Assembly (NCBI GenBank): GCA_946965045.2
Contig: OX337235.1
Coordinates: 3,410,001-3,474,000, forward strand
Length of the DNA stretch: 64,000 nucleotides
Direction: 5' to 3'
Origin: Epithemia pelagica
Taxonomy: Eukaryota > Protista > Bacillariophyta
The notes under the pieces are model-generated. The model was not told the origin of the DNA and ran no database searches. It saw only the letters and a list, made by a program, of their open reading frames with translations. Position 1 is the stretch's first letter; every line of letters begins with the position of its first letter. Both the position numbers and the translations under genes were made by a program. Positions 37,351 through 45,833 of this stretch are shown one piece after another.

Positions 37351-37650
37351 TCAAACGGGCCATGGCTTTCCCTGGGCCATGGCACGCTTGAATAGGTCCG
37401 ACACTTCCTGAGGATACTGCTCATAGAGTTGGTTTGTCTCGCGCAAGAGTTCCCATCCTTCCTTTGCGTGTGGGAGGAGTTTCTTGTTTACAGCGGTATC
37501 GGGAAAGGTCTCCTCATGAACGTGGAGTCCAGCGCGGCTAAAACACTCGCAGCACTCGGCCTCGGTGAGATAATGAATTTTCTGCAGATCGGCATACCAG
37601 CGCTTGCTTTTCTCCATAAAGTCAAGAACCAGTTGGTGCTTGTCCGTCAT
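37351..37650 (-). CDS. Small hypothetical protein (99 aa), downstream partner of the VapD-like ORF
   Basis: ATG 37650 (MTDKHQLVLDFMEKSKRWY...) to TGA 37351, helical-looking. The longer 183-aa track ORF begins at TTG, and its Ser-rich 5' part is the shadow frame of the VapD-like ORF. Confidence 0.55.
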   Translation of the reverse strand: MTDKHQLVLDFMEKSKRWYADLQKIHYLTEAECCECFSRAGLHVHEETFPDTAVNKKLLPHAKEGWELLRETNQLYEQYPQEVSDLFKRAMAQGKPWPV

Positions 37651-37702
37651 GATGAACTGCGTGTTGTCTTCCGTGTAAAGAGGAGTGCACGTGTCGCATT
37701 CC

Positions 37703-37984
37703 TCACCGGATGGGGACGAAATTGAAACGCTGTTCGTAGTGGAGATGCCGGAATATCCCGACTCCAAACCTTGCTTCAACTGTGGATGCAAAGAGTTGGA
37801 CGGCGAGGTGGAAGACGAAAGGTCCGGCAGCGACATTGTCTGCGCGACAGCAAGATTGCTGGTACCGTGTGAGTCCTTGCTGGTGGAGATTTCGTGCGAC
37901 AAAGTTGTACGCTGTTGACCTTGGAATTCCTTTTGCGTCGATGTAGTTCAGGTTGAGGTCGTACTGGAGGACGAAGTTGGCCAT
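37703..37984 (-). CDS. vapD: VapD/Cas2-like ribonuclease, 93 aa
   Basis: FVLQYDL..G.P..TAY..VARNL..QGL...QQS aligns by eye to H. pylori VapD HP0315 YALAFDL..GEP..KAY..LRQEL..LGF...QGS, and the length is nearly identical. ATG start and strongly C-ending codons. Confidence 0.7.
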   Translation of the reverse strand: MANFVLQYDLNLNYIDAKGIPRSTAYNFVARNLHQQGLTRYQQSCCRADNVAAGPFVFHLAVQLFASTVEARFGVGIFRHLHYEQRFNFVPIR

Positions 37985-38091
37985 TCCATTGATGACAGAA
38001 GCCCTGAAGACGGTGTTGGGAAGGGGTTGTAGTTGTATCTACTCCTAACAACAACAGTTAATCCAACACCCGAAGCGTTTGTTTTCGCTGT

Positions 38092-38239
38092 GGAATCTTT
38101 GGCTGCAATGCGATGCACGCACGCCTCGCCGGAAGACTTTGCGAACGAAGGGTACGTCTAGTCGCTGTTACTGTGGATGCAAATGGACAGACGGATACTA
38201 CGCCGTCTATGGGTAAATCCTTTGGCTGGAGGGATTTGG
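38092..38239 (+). repeat. Direct repeat copy B (partner 36242-36403)
   Basis: Shares the same ordered sequence blocks as copy A, and lies ~110 bp upstream of the VapD-like start codon. Confidence 0.85.
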
Positions 38240-38567
38240 TGATTTGCCAAAACAGCTCGTCCCATATGCTTGCTGGTTCCTAGAAACCACCGTCTCTGCT
38301 CGATTGGACAATGTACACGAGAGGAACCAATGTTCGTATGATGTAGTAAATGGTAGACCATACTATTCTGCACCAAGAGAAGGTCTACTACTACATGTTA
38401 CTGTTCTACAACGTGATGCCCCACACGCCTGGATAGAACTTTCGAATGGTTCGGGAACGACAGTCTGTCAATCATTCAGCTCTGGTTTCTGACCATCGAA
38501 CACGGTCGTGTGTTGTGGTCCCGCAAATTATGTCGTTTGTTCGGCTGCTGCTGCCGTTGCCACAAAA

Positions 38568-39722
38568 TTACGGAGAATCCAGAACAAATACATTGGGTCG
38601 AATGGTTACACCATTGGTTTCCGTAATGATGTTGGTATTGGCAGCAATCATGTTGGCAAAGGTCCACGGGTTCAAATCAATGACACCGGCCGTAATCTTG
38701 GCCAAGTCCGTTTGACTTTGCTCGGCCATGTAAAAATACTCATCGCCATCGCGCAGGCGCACAAATTGTTCCTTCAAGAGTTCGGCCAGGAGTTCTCCCA
38801 CATGCGCTCCTTCCATGTGATCTTCAGCCAAACATCCGACCCACAAATCCATTTGGTCGGGTCCTCCGCAATAGACACTTTCCAAGGCGACTTGCAAGTC
38901 GGGATTGGTTGTCACTTCCGCAAACGACATCTTGGGCGCCAAACCCAAACCTGCCCGCATTTCGTTGTACCGGCAAAGTCCATGATCGCGTCCACGGTGA
39001 ATATTGAGAGCCACCAAGTCAATTCCCTTCGGTCCTCCTTCGGTAGTATTGGCAAACAAGAATTCTCGGACGTCTGGAACGACCTTGGTGTCAATCAATT
39101 CGGCCGGATGCTCGACCAATCCCCACAAAATGTCATCAACCAAGGCCGGGTCATCGTGGAGGAGTTGGGGTCGGAAAAAAAGGTCCCTCAGTGACATGAA
39201 AGTTGGTTCGGGAGGTGTCGTGGTGGTATCGAACCGCCCATAGACGAGTAAATCACCCGACAACATGGTATGACCAAACCGAAAGGCCGCCGTGGCAAAT
39301 TCCACGGACATAAACGGATCCACGTTCTTTTCTTTATCATAGCCGTTATAGCCGCCTTCAGGTGTGACACCTGGGGCTTGTGATCCCATGAGGGTGGGCA
39401 AAAATTCTTCGTACGTGATTTTTTGTATTTGGGCCGAGACAATTTTACGAGCCATGTCATACAAGGCATCATCCCATGCCGCCGTATCCAACTCAGAGGC
39501 ATCTGTGACATGATGCTCCTTGACCATTTGCTGGGCCAGCAACTGGGCCAAACGATTGTGTTCTCGCACAAACAATGTGTGCATGGAAGTTAATCCCAAT
39601 TGTTCATTGACACGTGGATCACCGGCCTTAAACATGAACGACCCGGGAGCCACTACGGGCAACAAGTCTAGATGGCCGTCTTGTGGCGACACAGAAAGTT
39701 TTCCTCGGGAAAAACTGGGTCT
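38568..39722 (-). pseudogene. Animal-type heme peroxidase (peroxidase-cyclooxygenase family), C-terminal portion only
   Basis: SFSRGKL, FKAGDPRVNE, HTLFVREHNRLA, AAFRFGH (proximal His), DLVALNIHRGRDHG and DLWVGCLAE are present. There is an in-frame TAG at 39723-39725 and no recognisable N-terminal distal-His region upstream. Confidence 0.75.
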
Positions 39723-40274
39723 CTAGTCTCTATGGTTGTCGCTTGGGGGGTGGGGGTGGGGGGAGAGAGTGAGAATGGCGTTGATTGTTGATTCCCCGAT
39801 TTTGGGGGTGGGGGACATTACATCATGGTCTGATTGCAAACTTATAGAAATCATAGAGGAGTAGCTGATTGAAAGAGGGTTAGGTACCTAAGAGTGTGAC
39901 AATCGACAGACCACACCACGACGTTCCCTCGATTGGAATCATCGTAAAGTACTCCTATGAAACATGAAACTCTATCTACAACAACAACTGCATGGAACAT
40001 TCTAGGAGTACGTAGAAGTAGTATATAGTATGGTATGGACCTCTGGCTACTACAACTAGCCGGAGGTTGGAGAACACGGCTGTCGAGCCATCGTCGGGAC
40101 ACCCTTTGGGGGTGCCAAGGAGATGGTGGTTTTCTTGTTGTTGTTGTTGTTGTTGTTGTTGTTTTTGCCGAGTGTGGTTCCGGCTCATCTGCTCGAGACG
40201 AGAACGAAACACACACATGTACCATTGTGGAACAGGACTCTCCAGTGTAGTTAGAATACAGAGTTTGTGTGTGT

Positions 40275-41321
40275 TTATTGGGGTTGTTCCACCACTCCAG
40301 TAGTAGCCATGCTGGGTGCCATACTGGGCCTGTCGGTTACATTGTCTTCGGGTGGTGGATTCAAAATATCTTCAATCACGGGTACCAATTCTTCCACCGT
40401 GGGAGCGGCGGTGGGTGGTGTGCCCCGCAAAAAGGTAAAATTGGTTGGTGGGGACGTGGGAGCCGTCACGACGGGAGCCGGTGTGGGAGCCACGTTGGAC
40501 TTGTCATTATCATTTTTGCCACCAAACATCCAGGAACCAATCCGTCCCCCAGCCACACCTGACAGGGCAATGACAATCAAGGCCAAACACACGAGCATTC
40601 CTTGAATGCATTGTTGATCTTGAAAGACGTGCTTTTCGTATTTGGACTTGTAATCATCATATGTGGGTTGTGCTTGTTTTTTGGTTCTCCTCGTGTTTTG
40701 GGAGCCTTGTTTGGACCAGGATTTGGCCGGCAGTGGGGGTGGTTTGGTGCTATGATTGCGACTGTTGGTCCGGGACGGACTAATCCGAGTGTTGGTGGTG
40801 GGCGATGCGGCGAGTTTGGCGCGGGATGATTTGTTGGAGTTGGTCGAAGCGGCACTTTTGGCCGACACAAAGGAATCGTTGAAATCCTCCTTGGTCTTTT
40901 TCTTTTTCTTCGAAGTTTGACTCGTGGCGCTTTGGGTCGAAACAAACGAGTCGTTGGGATTCGGTTTCTTTTTCTTCTTCTTCTTTTTTGGTTTGGGTGG
41001 TCCATCGGTGGGTTCGTCTTGAAAGACGGACGACGTTTCGGAAAAGGCTGGGGAGGAGGAGGACAGGAAGGAGGACGATGCCATGGACAAGGACGAAGCC
41101 GACATGGACGCATTGGAAGATGCAAACGACTGATTCAAGTCATTGGGATTCTTGGGTTTCTTCTTTTTCTTCTTCTTCTTTTTGAGGGGCAGTTCCTCCC
41201 CTCCTTCCCCTGCTTCCAGTGATTGCTGTTTCTTTTTCTTCTTTTTGATTGGGGGAAACTCGTCGACGCCGCCATTTGGCACTAATCGTTCTCGTTCCTT
41301 TTCGGTGGCGGTGGTTGGCAT
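40275..41321 (-). CDS. Type II membrane protein with poly-Lys/Ser-rich N-terminus and Pro/Thr stalk
   Basis: Probable ATG 41321 (MPTTATEK). KKKKKKK tracts, TM CIQGMLVCLALIVIALSGVAGG and APTPAPVVTAPTSPPT. Confidence 0.7.
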   Translation of the reverse strand: MPTTATEKERERLVPNGGVDEFPPIKKKKKKQQSLEAGEGGEELPLKKKKKKKKKPKNPNDLNQSFASSNASMSASSLSMASSSFLSSSSPAFSETSSVFQDEPTDGPPKPKKKKKKKKPNPNDSFVSTQSATSQTSKKKKKTKEDFNDSFVSAKSAASTNSNKSSRAKLAASPTTNTRISPSRTNSRNHSTKPPPLPAKSWSKQGSQNTRRTKKQAQPTYDDYKSKYEKHVFQDQQCIQGMLVCLALIVIALSGVAGGRIGSWMFGGKNDNDKSNVAPTPAPVVTAPTSPPTNFTFLRGTPPTAAPTVEELVPVIEDILNPPPEDNVTDRPSMAPSMATTGVVEQPQ

Positions 41322-41866
41322 GATGATGATGATGAGGAGGACGGCGAAGAATGAGACTTGGACGACCACCACCACAACAACAACCCCAAAGTGAAAAAGT
41401 CGGGAGAGTTGTTGTTGTGTTGTTGTTGTTGTGTGTCGACCACAATGGACATTGTGGCCCCCACGGCGACAAACGGGTCTCACAAACTACCAGAAACTGG
41501 TAAGGGACGACTCGTGACCACAATGGCCCTCTGTCTTGGTGGTCATGGTCATTCTTGGATGGATGGATTGATCCCGTATCAGATGGGTCACGAGTAATAC
41601 GTGCCCGGCGTTTCCCGCCACGCCGGGTGGCCGATCTGTGCGCGCCATCCCCCCGAATCCGAGGGTTGTCATTGCCATTGCCTTCGTCCCATCGGAACCT
41701 TTGCTGGAAGAAAGGTGTGTGAGAATTGATTTGGACAAGGTGTGTGTCGAAGGAACGATGAATTTTGATGCAAGTATTCGATGAGGACCATTATTTGATT
41801 GACTGATTGATTGACTGACTTTGACGTGTTGGCCGCGTTTTGTTCCGTTCCCTTGCTAATAATAGA

Positions 41867-44800
41867 ATGACGAGCACCACAGCATCTTACTTCCAGTTGC
41901 GAGGAGGAACAAGAAGGAAGGATTTGGGTCGTCCAGCAGTGGAGGAGGAGGAAGAGGATGACGTTTCTCAGAATACGGCCACGGATCCCTTTGGTCTAAA
42001 AAAGAAGAAACAACAGCAACGGGAAGTCTTTTCCTCTACGAGCCGTAGTACTCGGTTAGGAACCTCTACCCGAACGGCCTTGTCTTCCCAACGGCGAACG
42101 GCCTCCTCCTTGTCACGCCCAGCACCGAGTCGCTCTCAGCAAGCCAACAGCACCACAAAACCGTCGTTGCTCCAGGCAACCATTCGCACGCCCGCTCTGG
42201 ATGCCATCACCAAGACTGTGCCACCGACGACGACCACCACCACAACGACAACGACTCCTTCCCAAGCGTCCTTTTTGGCTTCCTCAACGGCCCCCCGTCG
42301 CATTTTTGCCTCCACCACACCCACCACTACGACAACGAAGACGAAGCAACCTCCAGTGCCTCCTCCTCCCGCAACGTCGTCCTCGTCCAGTGTGTCGTCC
42401 TCGTCCACAGGTTCCACGCGAAACAAGGAAAATCGTGGACCACCCAGCAATCGTCGCGACAGCATGGCCGAAGCACAAGCCTTGCAACACAAGTATCATC
42501 GAGCAAGGGTTGCCGACGACGACGGTGACCAACCGGAACCTGCCGTGGAACCCACGACTGCAACAAGCCGCTTGGTCGATTCTAGAACGACCATGACACC
42601 CTTGATCTCGGCCACAACCACCAAGACCCCTCGGTCCACTGCCACGACGGCACCCCTCCTGCTCGGGTCGTCACCCCTCGGATCCTGGTTGGAATCGCCC
42701 GTGTCCACCACGTCGTCGTCCACCGGGCCTCCGGGACCCACCAATACTTCTCCTACTACGACGACAACGTCCCTCGCTCCCTTGGTGCAGCAATTGGAAG
42801 ACTGGCACGCGCAATTGAATCAACAACACCAAGCCTTGCAACAAGCGCAGGAGGAAGCGCGACGCGAACTCGAGGAACGACACGAGCAACTCGAAACGTG
42901 GCAGGAGGAATTGAACCAGGCCCAACAAGGTCTGGAAGAGACCCGTCTCCAACACGTTGACGCCGTACAGGACGTGCAAGACGAACAAGAACAACGGCGG
43001 GTGCGATTGCAGGCCTGGCAGGATCAATTGCAGCACGAACAAGACGCCTTACAAGAGGACCAAGCCAATTGGGAAACCTCGCAACAGCAAGCGGAACAAG
43101 CGCGTCAAAATCATGTTCAAGAGGAGGAAACACGGCTGCAAACCTGGCAAGACCAATTGGAAGGCGATCAACAAGAATGGGAACGCACTCAAACGGCCTG
43201 GAAGGAACAACAAGCGGCCGCGCACGAGGCCCACAAACAAGAAGAATCGCGGCTGAAAACCTGGCAAACTCAATTGGAACAGGAGCAACAGGAATGGGAA
43301 CGGAATCAAACGGCCTGGAAGGACCAACAAGCGCAAGAGACGGCCCATCAGACGCGACTCTGGAAGGAACAGACAGCCGCCCTGGAGGATCGTCAAGCCC
43401 AACTCGATCAACGACAAGCCGACTTGGACAAACGAAAAGTGGCCGTGGATCAAGACTTGGAAGAACGCTGTTCGGCCCGCGAAGCCGAATACGAATTGTT
43501 GCAACAAGGTGTCACGGACTTGCAAACGCAACACGAGCACTGGCAATCCGCCATTGCGACGGCCCAAGAAACCCTCCAGTCGGTCCAACAGGAAACGGAC
43601 CACGTCCAACGAGACGCCCAAACGGTCAAGCAAGCCTTGACGGCTCATGTCGCCGAGCAACAGCGCGCGTTGCAACAGGTGCAACAGGATTTGGACACGG
43701 CCCACGAAGAATTGCGAGATGTCAAGGGTCGCAGTGCCGTCTTTGTCCAAAACGACCGATCCAGTCGAGCCGTGGCGGCGGCACAAGCCACGAAAGCGGC
43801 CCAACAACTCGATGCCGCCTTGCAACAATTGGTCGTGGCGCAACGCGAACACCAGACGTGGGAGCAAAAACTGGAAACGGCCCAAGGGGAATGGGAAACG
43901 ATACAACACCAAGTGGCGGAACACGAGCAACAACGCCAAATGGCCCAAGAGGAACTGACACGGGTCCAAGAAACGGTGCAGCAAACCAAGTCTCAAGTGC
44001 AAGAACAAGCAGAAGTCTTGCTTCAAACCAAGACGCAGGTCCAAGAACAAGCAGATGCCTTGCGTCAAACCAAGTCCCAAGTCCAAGAAGAAGATGAACG
44101 ATTGCAAACCTTGAAGCACGAGACGGAGCAACAAGAGACATGTTTGCACCAAACGCAACGTCAAGTGGAACAGGAGGAACAGACCTTGCAAACACTACGA
44201 GACGAACAACAGGCCGTGGAGGAGCAACACCAAACCCAACAAGCCCAAGCCGTCCAACAAGCCTCGGACAAGATTCAAGAATTGCAAGGACAAATCCAAG
44301 ACAAAGAAGCGGAACTACAGCAACTCGTCCTAGAACAGGAACGACGACACGAAAAAGTGAAGCAAGATATTCATTCGAGTCGAGCCAAGATACAAAAGGA
44401 ACAAGAAGCCTTGCAAAACGATCAAGCGCAGTGGGCTCGCAAACAGGAAGAATGGAAACAAGCCAGACGGGACGAAAAGGAAAGCTTGCAACGCGATCAA
44501 GAGTCGTGCCGATCGTGGCAAGCCCAACTTGACGAACGCGAACGTAAACTCCATCAAGATCAAGCCAAGGATCAACTGGCGTTGGAAACGGAACGTGAAC
44601 AGTCGCGGCAAAAAATTGAACGCTTGCAACAACGCATCCAGGATTTGCAATCCTTGCATGCCTTGGAAGTACAACAACAACAACAAGAAAAGGAGCAGGC
44701 CCCCAAGGATCAAGTGGAGGCCCTCCAACGCCAAATTCAAACCCTGCAAACGCAACATGCCCGAGACCAAGATGATTGGGAACGTCAATATCGACGACAA

Positions 44801-45523
44801 GTCCAAAAGTGTCGCGATTGGGAAACCAAATGGGAACAAGCCCAAGCGGACTCGAACGTGGAACACGAACAAATGACACAATTGGTGGCCCGGGTCGAAT
44901 TGCAATCGTCTCAACTGGAACAACGGACGCGACACTTGCAGCAGGCCCAGCAAAGCTGGCAACAAGAACAACAAGTCCAAGCTCTGTCGCACGTGCTGGT
45001 GCGGGGTGCACCCCTGCGACGAGACCGCGAAGCGGTGAGTGCCGTCTTTTCCAAATGGGTCCGTCTCGCTCTCTTTTTCCCGTCCCAGCAAGAACAAAAG
45101 AAACAATGGCAAGCCCAATCCCAAGAGTATCAGACGCAGTTGCAAGCATTGCGAAACGAGAAGCAAGCCCAAGAAGAATGGTTCCGACAAGAATTGGCAC
45201 ACCAAACGCAAGAACATGAACAAACCACGCTTCAATTAAAGCAAGCGCATAAAGAAACCCTTCAGCAACAACACGAGGCATGGAAGCAAAAGGAACAAGA
45301 GCTGGAAACGCGCGAATCGAAATGCCAAGCCCGACAAGAACGACTCTTGCAATTGGCGGCGCAATTCAAGAACAAGGCCCATGAAATGGCGGTGGCGCGC
45401 CGTTCCATCCCCGACGAACCGCCACAACGACGGCCGCGGTCCAATCCACCACGGTCCTCCTCGACATTGTCTTCACCCGACGACGATCCCTTTCGACTCA
45501 AACACAATGGTGGTGCCAAGTAG
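41867..45523 (+). CDS. Long Gln/Glu-rich coiled-coil protein with Ser/Thr/Pro-rich N-terminus
   Basis: About 1218-aa open frame from ATG 41867, with ~900 aa of heptad-like Q/E/K sequence and internal 14-aa and ~39-aa repeats. Confidence 0.85.
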   Translation: MTSTTASYFQLRGGTRRKDLGRPAVEEEEEDDVSQNTATDPFGLKKKKQQQREVFSSTSRSTRLGTSTRTALSSQRRTASSLSRPAPSRSQQANSTTKPSLLQATIRTPALDAITKTVPPTTTTTTTTTTPSQASFLASSTAPRRIFASTTPTTTTTKTKQPPVPPPPATSSSSSVSSSSTGSTRNKENRGPPSNRRDSMAEAQALQHKYHRARVADDDGDQPEPAVEPTTATSRLVDSRTTMTPLISATTTKTPRSTATTAPLLLGSSPLGSWLESPVSTTSSSTGPPGPTNTSPTTTTTSLAPLVQQLEDWHAQLNQQHQALQQAQEEARRELEERHEQLETWQEELNQAQQGLEETRLQHVDAVQDVQDEQEQRRVRLQAWQDQLQHEQDALQEDQANWETSQQQAEQARQNHVQEEETRLQTWQDQLEGDQQEWERTQTAWKEQQAAAHEAHKQEESRLKTWQTQLEQEQQEWERNQTAWKDQQAQETAHQTRLWKEQTAALEDRQAQLDQRQADLDKRKVAVDQDLEERCSAREAEYELLQQGVTDLQTQHEHWQSAIATAQETLQSVQQETDHVQRDAQTVKQALTAHVAEQQRALQQVQQDLDTAHEELRDVKGRSAVFVQNDRSSRAVAAAQATKAAQQLDAALQQLVVAQREHQTWEQKLETAQGEWETIQHQVAEHEQQRQMAQEELTRVQETVQQTKSQVQEQAEVLLQTKTQVQEQADALRQTKSQVQEEDERLQTLKHETEQQETCLHQTQRQVEQEEQTLQTLRDEQQAVEEQHQTQQAQAVQQASDKIQELQGQIQDKEAELQQLVLEQERRHEKVKQDIHSSRAKIQKEQEALQNDQAQWARKQEEWKQARRDEKESLQRDQESCRSWQAQLDERERKLHQDQAKDQLALETEREQSRQKIERLQQRIQDLQSLHALEVQQQQQEKEQAPKDQVEALQRQIQTLQTQHARDQDDWERQYRRQVQKCRDWETKWEQAQADSNVEHEQMTQLVARVELQSSQLEQRTRHLQQAQQSWQQEQQVQALSHVLVRGAPLRRDREAVSAVFSKWVRLALFFPSQQEQKKQWQAQSQEYQTQLQALRNEKQAQEEWFRQELAHQTQEHEQTTLQLKQAHKETLQQQHEAWKQKEQELETRESKCQARQERLLQLAAQFKNKAHEMAVARRSIPDEPPQRRPRSNPPRSSSTLSSPDDDPFRLKHNGGAK

Positions 45524-45833
45524 TGGTAGAAACAAAGTCGAGGCACTCCACAACGGCTGGCTGTAAGGATTTTGTTGTTGTTGCTGTTAAGAATGGATTC
45601 TACTCGTAAAATGGACGCGACAATTTCAAAAGCATTAGACGTTTGTGGGTATGCATTGTGCATGTAGACGACCGGATCTGGATTGTATGTGAAACGATGA
45701 ACTTCCGCAGGCAGAGACGCTGGTGTACGCGGAACTGTTTTTGTTGTTGTTGTTGTTGAAGGTATATGATGCATTGTGGTCGAGGTGTTGGTTGAGTCAT
45801 GAATACGAGAGTTGCGAATTGGGCAAAGATCGT

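Noticed and set aside
37351-37902. 183-aa track ORF as one gene
   Set aside because: It starts at TTG and its Ser-rich first third overlaps the VapD-like ORF in another frame; only the part from ATG 37650 looks coding.
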